A DNA stretch of 63,511 bases, counting the filler, from Reticulomyxa filosa (Eukaryota; Protista; Foraminifera): the NCBI GenBank assembly GCA_000512085.1. It is 18 parts of 18 records of this genome, joined end to end, with 100 filler letters (N's around TTAATTAATTAA, not from the genome) between each part and the next. Parts side by side here need not be neighbours in the genome. Positions count along the whole stretch, not along the records: positions 33,880 to 42,261 come from ASPP01045170.1; positions 42,362 to 45,256 come from ASPP01009036.1; positions 45,357 to 51,077 come from ASPP01024674.1; 15 more parts are not named here. The stretch is one strand, 5' to 3'. A program made the position numbers and the translations under genes. The notes beneath the pieces were generated by a model. It was given only the letters and a program-made list of their open reading frames with translations, did no database searches and had not been told where the DNA came from. Below are positions 37,930 to 50,700 of the stretch, piece after piece (within the stretch, counting starts at the first letter, position 1; each line of letters begins with the position of its first letter).

Positions 37930-38500
37930 ACAAAGATCATTTTATTTCATAACAATATTACTATCACTCTCTCCCAATCCTCTTCTGCCATTATTGATCC
38001 AGCTCATGAATCCATATCTTTGCTCATTTAAACGACTCTACATTACCTGCATCGTATACTATTCCGCTACGTGGCATCCTCTGCTCTTATATCCCACATA
38101 TGCACATACATCACATACATACATATAATATGCATATATACATATATATATGTATATGTGTACAGATATGTATTGTTAGTTTTTTTTATTTGAGCAAATA
38201 ACTTTACCGATAATACATTGGTGCTAAAGAATGATATTGCTCTTGTCCCGCAGTGTCTCAGATTTGTAATCTTGCCATGTGGTGTCTTCTATCTTCTGTT
38301 TTTTGATTTTGATGGTTCTACATAATGCACATCGATTCAACCGATTGAAGTGCTGCTCCTATTGTCGCTTGTTGCTCTTCTTGGAAAGCACTCTCCACAA
38401 AACGCGTCAGAATACTTGTCTTGCCAACTGCTGTATCTCCTAAAAGTACAACTTTGAAGGAGTGTATTTCTCGTTTTGTGTTTGATTGAACTCCAGACAT
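37930..38500 (-). pseudogene. Rab5-group small GTPase pseudogene that retains an intron
   Basis: FKVVLLGDTAVGKTS, TIGAA, LQI*DTAGQEQYHSLAPMYYR (Trp codon to TGA), IVYDAGNVESFK*AKIWIHEL; several in-frame stops and shifts. Confidence 0.9.
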
Positions 38501-39630
38501 TGCAAAGAGTGATGATGATCCAAACGTCTTTCCCTTTTATTTTGTCTAGACGTTGAAAAAAAGAAATTCTATAATTTCAAGTTTTCTTTAAAATATATAA
38601 GTGTTATGGAATTTCCAGTTTGTGTTATCCAGACCATGTGTTGTGGAAATCTTTTCGCAATTGATGTAATTGAAAAATTGTAAAATTTTTAATTTGTGTT
38701 AATTAACTATTCTTGAATGTGGTGAACTTAACCAAAAGCTGTTATCGAATTTCAAAAGTTTGTTGATAATAATTTGAGAATGCTTTTCTACAGCAAATAT
38801 TCTACAAGACGCTTTGCATCAAACTTTTTTTGGAAGCACAATTCTTTTTAGTTTCAACTCAAACCAAAACTATTTTGAATCTTCATTACCCAAATTAATT
38901 TTTTTGTAAAATACGAACATTTTTTTTCATTTATTCGTTCATTTGCATATAACATGTTCATAAACTTTACAAACAATGACTATAACAACAAAAATAAAAA
39001 AACACTTCAATGATTTTTGTAGTTATTTAAACAGCTGTTTAAATAATCTATGATCACTCATTATTTTTTTAAAAAAAATCAAAATAATAAATTTTTTAAT
39101 CTGATAGTAGATCAAATTTTCAATTACTTTTTCTTGATCTTTCTTTTTTTGCTGTTTACTTTGAAATTTAACATTAGGCTTCTTTTCTAACAAATGAATA
39201 TGTATTCGCAATAAAGCATACTTGCAATCTCGCTAACAATAAAATAATATTAAAATACAAAAATTTTTCCAATTTCAAATTGAGTTAAATACTTGACTAT
39301 ATTTCATATACAATCAGCATTCTATATTCTAATCACCACAAACTTTTTATATACTATAACGTATCTTCAAACAAATATATCACGTTTAAATAATATTTAA
39401 ATCTTATTTTAAACGTAAATTTTTATAACTTACGAAATTTTAACCTTGCATAAAACAAAGCACAAAATGGTGTAGTCAAATATTTTGTATGAAAGCAAGC
39501 TCGAATTAGAACTCTTTTACAGAATTTTATATCGATTTTTCTGCAAAAAAATGTTTATCAATTTTTTGTCAAACAGTTAATTTTTAAACAGGTTTTTGTG
39601 CCTTGAGAAACCTTATTTTTGCATGAAGCA

Positions 39631-39752
39631 AAAATTAAGTTGAACTAACTCACTTGGCAAAAATAAAAAATTTGTTCGTCAGCACATGTGCTGTCGAATA
39701 TATTTTTTTTATTTTATGTTTTTTTAAATGGAGTTAGTTCAAACTTAATTTT
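39631..39752. repeat. Palindrome of about 120 bp with a loop-less centre (MITE/foldback-like)
   Basis: Ends aaaattaagttgaactaactc / gagttagttcaaacttaatttt; centre ttcgtcagcacatgtgctgtcgaa. Confidence 0.85.
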
Positions 39753-40249
39753 AAATGATGAATTTTGTTGGTTTTTTTATTGATTGAAATGTTATGTATT
39801 TTTTCATTACGAGATTTATAGGTATCATATGTACTTTACAGACAGTACTCCGTTGTACATTTATTAAGCACATCACTGGTTGTATACATTGCATATATGT
39901 TGGCGTTCAATTGAGATTTGATGCCAAATATTTTTTTTTCATTTATAAGATTATTTCAATATTTTACGTAATATTGTTATATTTTTGACTACTATTAAAT
40001 ATGAAATATTAATAAATTTTATGCAAACTAGTAAATCATTTTTTTATTTTATTTTCATTTTTCAAAATTATTTGCAATTATTTAGAAAGAAAAATATTTA
40101 CATATGCTTTTATTATGACAGCACAATACTTAAAAATTTTATACGTGTTGAAATTGTTTTTATATATTCAATTATTGTTATTTTGAAATATTACATAAAA
40201 TATATTTTTTACTTTAAATTTGTTATGAAGTAATTTTCTTTTATTTAGC

Positions 40250-40323
40250 AAATATAACCAACTCTGTTGTATTTTATGGATGAAATTGACGCTGTTTTGG
40301 ATTTCAAAAATGTCAGTATTGTG
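40250..40323 (+). pseudogene. SMC4: Isolated SMC4 Walker B/D-loop fragment
   Basis: PTLLYFMDEIDAVLDFKNVSIV against the SMC4 signature PTPLYxMDEIDAALDFKNVSIV. No other SMC sequence is nearby. Confidence 0.8.
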
Positions 40324-41182
40324 TTCTTGGAAAAAGATTACCTCAGCGTGTTGACTGAACAACTAACCGACGATGCTGAAGATGACAGCGCTGGCAATGA
40401 CGCAGGTGATGCTGGCGACAGTCGAACTTTGATGAGTAAAGTGTGTAACGAAAAAGTGTGAAATGAAAAAATGTAAATTTATTTTTTTAAAGAAGTATTA
40501 ATTCAGCCATCGTGATTGGATATGGTGAACAGTAGTTATGTCGCTGACAGCATTTATTGAAAAAATGCATTAAAAAAAAATTATTGATAGTTAAAAAGAC
40601 AAAAATAAATGACGATAAAGTATAGTTATGTTAATTTTTCGGTTTGTAATTTAAAAAACTTATTTTCTTGCATAACCATCTTTGCTCAGCTCCACTAGCA
40701 ATAATAAACGCGATAAATATTGCTTAAAAATAATCAAGCAAAAATTTTCAAAATTTTTTTTCCAAAATAAATATCATCTTGATGATTGTAACCATTTTAG
40801 AGAATAACAAAAAAATATAAAAATCAAAAGAGCACAATTTCTAAAAAGCTTGACTAAATTATTTATGAACTTTGACAATTTTATTTACTTTTGTACGTCG
40901 AAAAAATGCGAATGAATATACTTCTACCAACGTACTGAATTCAATTGGTTGTTACACATGGAAAATATTACATGAGTGCACGATGATCATCTAGTATTCA
41001 AAAGGATTATTTTACTCAGAATCAACAGGCTATCATTACCAAAAATAAAAAAAAGAGAATGTGGTAATCCTAGAGACTATCGATGAAGAATTAATTTTTA
41101 ATAAGAAAAATTATTGATATCAGACAATACAAAAAAAGGGATTTTATAGATCGAGTTGAGGGAGAGAATCTTAGCGAACACT

Positions 41183-42261
41183 TTAAAACTTCGCCTTATA
41201 AGTTGCTTTTGATCTTTCAATATTTTGAGAATTTCCTCAGAAAAAATTTTATCAATTGATCTGAATCCCTCCTCTTGTGGCCGTAGCTATGTCTATTTTT
41301 TTTGTCCGTTCATCAACAAAAAGCATAAACTGGAATATTCGTTGATTCAAGTATGACCTGTAGACGCAGTTCCACCCATAAGAATAATTGTTTTTGAAAG
41401 TATTTTCTCTTCTGCTCCTTTGTTTCGATCATATAACATTTTCTTCACTGTGTTCACGTTATTTCCTTTTAAGGCTGCAATCAATTCCTCACTCAATTTA
41501 TGTTCATTTGCAGCATATTCCACATATTTCTTACTTTCTGCGAATTGTAACCTAAAAAATTCAGTTCTCTTTGCATGGAGTAATGGATAAAAGTTCCCTG
41601 CTTTTCGAGCATCATCAATTTCCGCTTTGGTGATTAAAAATCTCTCAAGTGATTTATCACATAACACCAAACTATAAGAACCAGAAGTACCTTGTCTTGC
41701 AGTTCGTCCTCTAATTTGCATTTCTTCAGATAATTCTTCAGAAAGGAATGTTTGAATCACATGAATTCCACCATTTGCAGCAACAATTTCATCACGACAC
41801 ACAAAATCTGTCCTTCTTCCAACTGATTTAGTAAACAACCCCACTTGTCCAGAAGTAGTTGTACATTTAATTAAAGATTCCTTTTCTTTACTAGTTTCTT
41901 CGGTCATTACAATTGCATTCTCTTTCATTGCAGCGAAATTGGAAGATTCATAAAATTCCATCAATTGTTTCTTGGATTCAAAAAACACCAATACTGATCT
42001 TTTTGTTGCAGGATTTGTTCCAATCAATCTATCGTCAATTTCTTTCTTAAGAGTAGTAAAGTAATCACATTCTTCCACAATGAGAATATCTTTCTTTTCT
42101 GCAAAGATAAGTTTATTATCACCAAATAAAGATGGCATATAAGTATTTTTTGAAACATGATAATCCTTTTCCACAACTTCTTTTTCTGGTTCACTTAATG
42201 TCTTCAATGTACCACTCACACCCATAATACAACAGAAGTTTTTAGGAACCTCTGCATAAGA
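41183..42261 (-). pseudogene. SecA-like SF2 ATPase C-terminal half fused to an internally deleted vWA-like domain
   Basis: GVSGTL, VLVFFES, FTKSVGRRTDF and GGIHVIQTFLSEELSEEMQIRGRTARQGTSGSY correspond to SecA motifs III-VI. Then KTIILMGGTAST* and, out of frame, IPVYAF...IATATRG...SEEIL. Confidence 0.75.
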
Positions 42262-44706
42262 NNNNNNNNNNNNNNNNNNNNNNNNNNNNNNNNNNNNNNN
42301 NNNNNTTAATTAATTAANNNNNNNNNNNNNNNNNNNNNNNNNNNNNNNNNNNNNNNNNNNNTTGATTTCATACTAATTTTTTCTTATATTGTGTGTCGTT
42401 TAGAATTGACTTAAAAATTATCAATTTGAATTTTCTTAACTAAAAATAAATATTTTAGTTTAATTGATTTTTACCAGATGAAAATAATCAAAAAGTACAT
42501 TGAACTAAAATGCTAATAAAACATTCAAAAGTGTATTTACGTAGTTGATAATTTTGAAAATGAAATAGGTTATAAATTATCAATCTGAAAAATCAAAAAA
42601 TTGCATATTTCTAGAGTATAAATGTAGATATAATTCATATAAATTTTCAGAAAATTATCTCTTTTCATTATAGAGATATTTGCATTTAAGTAAAAAACGA
42701 ATGAAAATTCGCAACATCTGAACACTTTTGACCGCAACTGTAAGCATAAATTGATGATATAGCTAAATACGCAAAAAGTGTAATATTTCATAAGCACTCT
42801 ATCAAGCGAAACAAAAGAAAGACACTTACAAGAGCAATTCTTTCATTTTTAAATTGACTGTCTTTGTGTGGAATGATATTTAAGAATAGATATGACGTCA
42901 CTGACTATGTTCATATTGTAGTCGTCACAAAGCAATAGCTTTTTTCAATTAGTTATTTGTTTCTAGTTTTTATTTGATTGGCTTAGTATTGATAGGTCCG
43001 CAATGTGCTCTCTGCCACATAATGGCAATTTTGAGAAGACTGAGTTAATATAGCTCACACAACAAGTACGCTTAGTTCTTTGTCAAGAATGTTGACTCTT
43101 AGTGTTAGGCAAGAACTAGTATTTATAGATTAATAGCAGTTCCACTGCTTATGAGTGTATTTTTGTTCATGTTTGCGTTTAGATTGACTTGCGATCGTCG
43201 ACTGAACGCAGCTTTACGTATAAATACATGTATAAATATTTCACAATAACTTGCTTTTTCCATCCAACGACTTTGCTTTCTTTGTTCACAAATTGTAACT
43301 CTAAGTATTAATACGTTCAAACGAAAAACCAAATTTTCTATTCTAAATGATTCTGCTAAGAGTTAAAGTGTGCTCATACGTTCAATATCTGTCAAGAAAG
43401 TGAAAAAGAAAAAAAATCATGTTCTGTTTTTTTAGCAATATCAAAACTGTTTATATAATCCAATTTTAAAATTCAAAATTTCAGAATTTATTGTAACTGA
43501 TATATTTCTCTTTTTAAGAAAGGATAAAGGTGTCACTTTTCGTATCGAAATATTAAAAGAATCCTTTATTTGTTGATGAAGATGGAAATAATATACAATG
43601 CATGTGGTACTAGTGAAGCTGATCATTGTATGATTGGTAGACAATGAAACGAACACAGCAGCGTGGCAAAGAAAAAATGTAAGTTACATCAAAAAAGAGT
43701 TAGACCGAATGCAGTCAAGCATTAAGCGGTCACTATAATTGCAGTCAATATTTATTTACTAGTATTACACCTATATGTACATATAATTTTTTTTTGGTGA
43801 AAAGATCAAATAATTAAAAAAAGTAATCATTTTCTTTATTTCATGCCTATTTATGTTTTCATCTAAAAAAAACAATAACGCATAATTTCAAAATAAAAAA
43901 CAGTGCAATCGCATGAAAGTTGAGGACAAAAGATTTGTATAACATCGTTTTGCTTGTTGTGCCAACAACAGCTAATTGCAATCTAACAAAAACAGCATGT
44001 TGAACACCAGTTCATTAAACAAAAAAAAGAAATTTTGTTTTTAGCTTATTGCTTTAAATGTGACATTTACAATTGATGCTGTACAAATCAGCGGAAATAA
44101 CACAAGGTGTATGCAAGGTAAAGAAACTAAACTGTCATTAACTTCGAGATTGATGTCATATTGCTAAGTCCTCCACAAATACATTTTACAATTATACTTC
44201 AACTGGAAGCTTGATTAGATTATCAATACCAAAGTATGATGTCGCAGTAGTATCTTCAATGAAACAACATTATTCAGCACTGATTTTCCCAATCTCGTAC
44301 GGCGCCCACAAACAACATATATTATCGTCGAAATTTCTATTGAAAGGTACATATTGCGTTTTTTTCTTATATAAGTTTCGATTATTAAAAATATACATAA
44401 ATATATAAATAAGTATATACATAATTTCTTGTATATAATTATTTTTCAAAATACATAGAATGCAAAGTAAAGTTTACATATAAAACGGCACATTATATAA
44501 ATAGATTTCTTCACGAAAAAACAACATTCATACTTATTTTTAAAAATATCTACAAATCGTGTAATTTTTAAATATCATTTTGATTTTTTATTAAACTTTA
44601 CATTTCAACATTTCGTATTTTATTTTTTTTGCTAAACATAGTTCGATATTTGTGTTTCTTAACATTTTTATTTTTTAAAAAGAATTACGCATTAAACAAT
44701 TTATGG

Positions 44707-44915
44707 CAAACTTCATGGCTATAACACAGTCACAATTGTCAACTTTTTCTCGAAAATTTTCAAAAATCAATAAAATATTCAAATTTTTTAAACAATTAAT
44801 AAAGATTTAATAAAAAACCAAAATAATATTTAAAAACTACAAGATTTGTAGATATTTTAAAAAATTAAATAGAATTTTGTTATTTCTGAAGAAAATCAAT
44901 CATCTCTATAAGGTG
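44707..44915 (+). repeat. Dispersed AT-rich repeat, copy 1 (other copies at 59340-59570 and 60714-60831)
   Basis: Shared blocks attgtcaactttt, ttaataaaaaaccaaaat.atattta.aactac and aat.atctctataaggtg. Confidence 0.8.
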
Positions 44916-45356
44916 TCAACTTTATTTTACACTATACTGAATAATAATTTTTTTATTTATATGTCAAATCATAAAAAATAATATTAAATAATAAAATAGC
45001 AACTTAAAACGAAACTACAGCTTTGTAACGTTTTGCTTTTATTATTGCATAAAGATCATTCAAATTTACATTGAACTAAATCAAGTTCATTTTGTTTTGT
45101 TCAAGTAACTTATTTACTACTTACATTTTTGTCGTTTTGCGTTATCTTGTAAAAACCAGCAGTTCCCATTATTGTATAAGCAATATGTAATATTTTTTAG
45201 CATCTCATCATATAATACAGTATATTGCAAAAAAAACTGCCATACCTAAATGGCACNNNNNNNNNNNNNNNNNNNNNNNNNNNNNNNNNNNNNNNNNNNN
45301 TTAATTAATTAANNNNNNNNNNNNNNNNNNNNNNNNNNNNNNNNNNNNNNNNNNNN

Positions 45357-46268
45357 CAGCAAGAGCCGAGCAAGTTGATGGAGCAAGAGTTGGAGATGAA
45401 GGAGCAGAAGCAAGTGATGGAAAAAGTGGAAGAAGAAGAAGATGATGACGAGAACACAGCAGCAGAAAAGAAACAAAGAAGAAATAGTGACTCCGATATA
45501 TCTCCAACGACAGATGTATTAGTAATGGGGATTGCTGCCTTGCAAGTAATGAATAAGATAAACGACAACGACAACGACGAGATAAGCCTCGCAAGTCAAT
45601 TGATTACGACAATAAATATTGGTCATGCAGACAGCTCGCCGTCACAAGACGCATGGGACGATAGTCACCTCGAACGGGCTCAAACTATCGGCGTGAGCGA
45701 CTTGCCTTCCAAAAACAAAAAGACCACGCTGGACGTACCGCAACGAGTTCAGACGAAAAATAATAGCAACAATAGCGAAGGCAAGACTATATATCTAATT
45801 CGTCGTGCATCTTCGCCCGATGGAAAGAAGGAACGTAACAAGGCCAACATATTGGCCAATCAAGACGAGTTCACCGATAAGGAGTTTGCCTTGTTCCACG
45901 AAAATGAAAACAAAGGATTATGGAAAAAGTTTTCGCTGCGAAAATTGTCCCCGTTACTCCATGTGACCAAACAACAATCTCAACTAACTATGAAGACAAG
46001 CACGCCGACAACAACGACGACAGCGACCGATCGCACTCGACCTCACGTCACCTCGCAAGTGGTCTCGGATAATAAACCCTCTAACGATCGGTCCAGAAAT
46101 GAAGAGTATTATTGCACTCATCAACCCAATCTCTCCTTCGATCATGTCCGCAAAGACACTTTACAACCCCTTACACATGCTCAAGACAATAAACAGCTCA
46201 AACCACTGGGAGGGTATTCCAATACTATCATTGAAGTAAAGAAAGATTACATGTCCATTGGAGATAGG
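45357..46268 (+). CDS. Exon of a low-complexity hypothetical protein
   Basis: About 300 open codons ending at an AG|GTATGT donor. Confidence 0.55.
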
Positions 46269-46404
46269 TATGTTTTTCTTCTTTTTACTTCTTTTATGCT
46301 TTTTACGAATATATACATATACACATATATATGTATATGTATATATGGTGATCAACGCCATTTATATTGATAAAAACTTGAATCATGGAACCACCAGCAG
46401 ATGT

Positions 46405-47127
46405 CCGTCGATTGGCAAAGTGCGCGTGCATCTACACGAATTGGGGGTCGAGTTTTTGACCATTGGGGGCCACAAGTTATACGCACCAAAGGGGGCTAGT
46501 GCTTTGTTCATTAAAAAAGGGGTCCAGTTGCAGCTGTCCATGCATGGCGCTGGGCAAGAAAGTGGAGTTTGGGCTGGCACTGAAAACGTACCTTACATTG
46601 TCGGTTTGGGTACTGCTTGTTATTTGGTCAAACAGTTTATTTTCAAACTTTTTTTTTTTTTTTGGATTATTGATCCCCTTTTTTTTCTAAATTTTTTTTT
46701 TATTTAAAAAAAGAAATTTAGAAAACAATTGCAAAGATGATTGGTGTAAACTAATCCATACTGGCATTTTACAATGCATGCCAAAGGAATACCATAAATA
46801 TGTCAATCTCAATGGCATCACACGCAAAGTTGTCGAATACGCTTTGAAGGGTTAAAGAGAAGTGCTCTCGTATGTTCGTTGGGTGATCAGGTGTGCGTGA
46901 GTGCTGGCGCTGCTTGCCACTCGGATCATGTGCAGTTGTCCAATGTCTTGTCTGCCATAAATACCTATCGCTCGGTTGGCATGGGCACACCACGCATTAG
47001 TGTCAGCTGCTTCACTACTCTGTCTCAGGTACAATCGGCTGCTGACACGATTGGACATTTAGTTACTCAACAGTCATCTCATCTTAAACTTGACACAAAT
47101 GTTTCAGGTTCAAATTCAAAATTATAA
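46405..47127 (+). pseudogene. C-terminal fragment of a class-V PLP enzyme (NifS/selenocysteine-lyase-like)
   Basis: SIGKV...LTIGGHKLYAPKG (PLP Lys), GAGQESGVWAGTENV and VSAGAACHS. The N-terminus is absent and the middle is disrupted. Confidence 0.85.
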
Positions 47128-47537
47128 TCATTGGTTCATCTTTTTTTTTTCTTTCAATACTCACTTAATTACTACAATCCAATTTAAAACATTCATATTT
47201 GGATTCTAGTCAATTGTTCTTTTTTTACAAGGTAAACTCTTTACTATGTTCAAGCGACATTTATTGATCAACTTGTATTTCAATGCAATAAAGTTTTAAA
47301 TCGCTCAAAACCAGCTTGCTAATTTTGCTTTTCAATAATCAAACTCATTCGAAAGGAGATAGTAAAAATACTGTCGCTTAGGCTGTTGCTTTCTTTCTCA
47401 TTTTCTTCTTCTGCTGTGTCTTCACCAAAGAAATCAATCTATTAAAACATATTTTAAAAAAGTGAACATGTTGATTTGTTTCTAAGTTAATCACACACAG
47501 GGTTTTAACAAAAAAAACTCTAAAAAAAATAAACATA

Positions 47538-49430
47538 ATGTCAGTTAATGATCATGTGAACGAAGAGATAAATGCTTCGAATTCCCTGGGCTGGGATGAG
47601 GAAGCATGTGAAAAGAGGTTGGAGCAAACGAACCTCGCTTCGCAGTGTATGAGGGTGTTGCTATTGCAATGTTGGATGATGTTGGCCGAGCATTGTCCCA
47701 GCTGTCAGGTGTTGTGTAATCTTTTCCTACCCTCCAACAACAGTAACAACAATAACACTTGGGAAAAAAAAATCAAAGTATCCAATGATGAGACTGCATA
47801 GCAGTGATGCCGAGTGTATAATATGTGACCCACTCGATTCCGAAAAGACGCCAAGCAGCAGCAACATCAACAACAACAGCAAGACGACAATGACATTGGC
47901 ATCGACAACCAACAAACCGCAAATTGCAAGTGTTTGTAACAATGACAAATGGAAAGGCGACGAAAAAGAGCGCGAGAAGGTAGGCAAGCAGGAGAATCCA
48001 AGACTCAAGTCGCGCCCAAGTCCCCGTGTCTGCCGTCACTTCTTTCGGTCCCAAAAAAGCAAAAGACACTAGCGATTCGAAACAAGCCAGCAGATATCTG
48101 CATTCACAAAAAAAAAGTTTCTTTTTCACACAGCACACATGTGATTTTCCGCAAAGTGGATTTTTTTAATTTTTTTTTTTAAAGATGAAGAACAACTACT
48201 TACGGCAAGTCACGAAAGAGTTATGGCCATTACCACAACAACAACAACCACGGCTTACAATACCGGAGGTAATGTTTATACCAAAAAAATTTTGCAAATG
48301 CAATAAAATTTTCAGACTTATTGTTAACCTGTTGTTTGTTTGAATGAATGGATCGAATAGAGGAATGGAATAAAGCAAGTGGATCAATGTATGGATATCC
48401 GCTTCATTCATTTTATCAATTTTACTATCCATTTCATTCACAAGACTATGATCATAATCATAGCTATATCCATGGTCATGGTTGTAACTATAATTATTCT
48501 CCACATTGGAATTACCATCCACATCCGCATACTCATGCACATGCACATGACATCCAACTGTGCCTTCTCATCAGTATGCGCCGCCAGCTTTTTCGTCGTA
48601 CCAGATGCCTTGGCAATTTGCCTTTCCGCCTTAACGCGGCTGCGGCGACGACTACCTGTCCCCCACCGACCCAAAGACGAAGCAAGAGGACAAGCACTTG
48701 TGACTGGAACGCATGGAACGCATCGTCGGACGCACCATCACGCTCGTCCTGAATCGGATGGACAGAATCAATGCCAAGCACTTGGGCGCGCCTGAAGGCT
48801 CCATCGATAGTAAAGACGATGACAATGATTTGCAGCCCGGCGAACAAGAAGACGAATTGTATGTCGAAAATAGGTTGTTTTTTTTCTTAAAAAAAAATTA
48901 TTTGATATGTAAGATTATTGAATATATGTATACATATATATATTCCATAAATGGTAAAAAAAATTCAGAACCCAGACATTTGTCGAGGAAACTCAAATAT
49001 CATTGACATAAGACACATCGTCGAGGGAAATCTGGGTATGATAGCGATAGGGAGGACAATGACAATGGTAGTGGTATTTTGAGACCCAATAAACCGATCC
49101 AAAAGATAATGAGAAAAAGGCAAAAAAAGGAGCGCAAGAGCATCCATTGGAAATCAAAAACTTGATGGATGTGCCTCTGTCCTTTTTAGGCGCTCCTCGG
49201 CTACTGCCGTTACCACAAACGCCGCTACTGAAGCAAGTGATACGCTGTCATGTAATCAACAGCTGGAAGCGGAGCTAGAAACTGGAGCTGACATACTTGG
49301 ACAGAAAATTGCTGAAATTAGATACTCTTATTGAAAATACAGATGACATGCTTAACCAAAGGGCTATGTTGGAGGCTATTGACAAAGATGCCGTTATCGT
49401 TCGCTTATTAGATAATTGTGTAAAATTCTT
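47538..49430 (+). pseudogene. ZNRD2/SSSCA1 (Auto_anti-p27)-like zinc-ribbon protein, disrupted downstream
   Basis: ASQCMRVLLLQCWMMLAEHCPSCQV | PMMRLHSSDAECIIC matches S..MG..LL.GW.ML..HCP.C..P......C..C. The downstream exons have frame breaks. Confidence 0.65.
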
Positions 49431-50057
49431 AACTGATGTTCAAAAATTGTGATTGGTAATTAATGCCAACCGAAATAGGACTTGTGACCTCTTTTCGCAA
49501 AATTTCAAATGTCCATTTGAAAGTAGCTGCCTTGCAACCACAGAAGAAAATGAAAAAGAGAATAGTCCTACTTTTTATCAATTCTTTTAAATTTTTTTTC
49601 ATTTGGATAAACCAAAAAATGCTTTAAATTGTTTCATCCAAGCCAAAATACTGCAGGCAGCAAAAAAAAGTAGTTTTGACAAACAAAACACTTTGCCATG
49701 TCTTTAAAAATTTTTATAATACACTAGAAAAGGGAATTAACCTTGATGTATACATGATCACTAAAATCAGAATGAATTTTGAGATGTTTTTTTATCTTTG
49801 CAGAGAAGGTCCAAATCGCGCTTGCGCAGAAATCTCTGCAAAATAAATAGCAAAGAAGCAATCAGAAAAAAAGACAAATAAAAACAAGACATAAACGCCA
49901 AAGAGTATTTAAAAATATTTTTTTTTAGTTCTATGAAACATGCAAACCGAAGAACCCCTTTAGTTTTTTAAAAGAAGGGGAGTTTGTAAGTTCTTTTTTT
50001 TTGTTTGTTCGTTCGGGTTTTTTTAAAGTGTCATTTGGTTGTTTTTTTATAAATAAA

Positions 50058-50700
50058 ATGATAGAAGTTCTCACCATTGAGATCGGCCAAGCCGGTATAC
50101 AACTAGGAAACGCCATCTGGGAACAATATTGCGCAGAACACGCAATTGATAACGGTGGCAAAAGAAAAGAGAACCCAGGAAAGGATGACTCTTTTAAGGT
50201 ATTCTTTGAAGAGACAGGTAGTGGACAATTTGTTCCTCGTAATCTTGCAGTTAAGTGCTCCATTGGCGAATTGTTTTTCCGTGTTACGTATAACTCACAA
50301 GAAAAAATAGTTTGATTTGGAACTGAACGTAATTGATAATGTAAAAAATGATCCTTTTGCGGCCATCTTCCAAACTGAGTTTTTAGTCATGGAAAAGAGG
50401 ACGCAACAAACAATTTTGCCCGAGGTCACTATACAATCGGGAAACAAATAATTGAGAAAGTGAACGACCGATTGAGAAAATTAGTTGACAACTGTGACAA
50501 CGTGATAGGATTTGTAATTGGACACAGTATAGGCGGAGGTACTGGCTCAGGGTTGGGCGCCTTAATACTAGAACGTTTGGCGATTGATTATAGAAAGAAG
50601 ACAAAAATTGGCTTTGAAATATATCCTTCACCAAATTTGTCTACTTGCGTCGTAGAACCTTACAATGCGTTGTTGACGACTAATTGGTTATTGGACGATA
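50058..50700 (+). pseudogene. Divergent (foraminiferal-type) alpha-tubulin, 3'-truncated, intron retained, frameshift near 50385
   Basis: [58 protein letters not shown] and STCVVEPYN. Similarity ends at WLLD. Confidence 0.93.

Noticed and set aside
42362-44700. Coding or transposase remnants in this AT-rich contig
   Set aside because: No motif I can recognise in any frame; only the dispersed repeat at 44707 is supportable.
46405-47127. A linked selenium-utilisation system (SCLY-like fragment plus the tRNA-Sec-like fold at 27.5 kb)
   Set aside because: The two lie on different contigs, both are degenerate, and nothing in the sequence links them.
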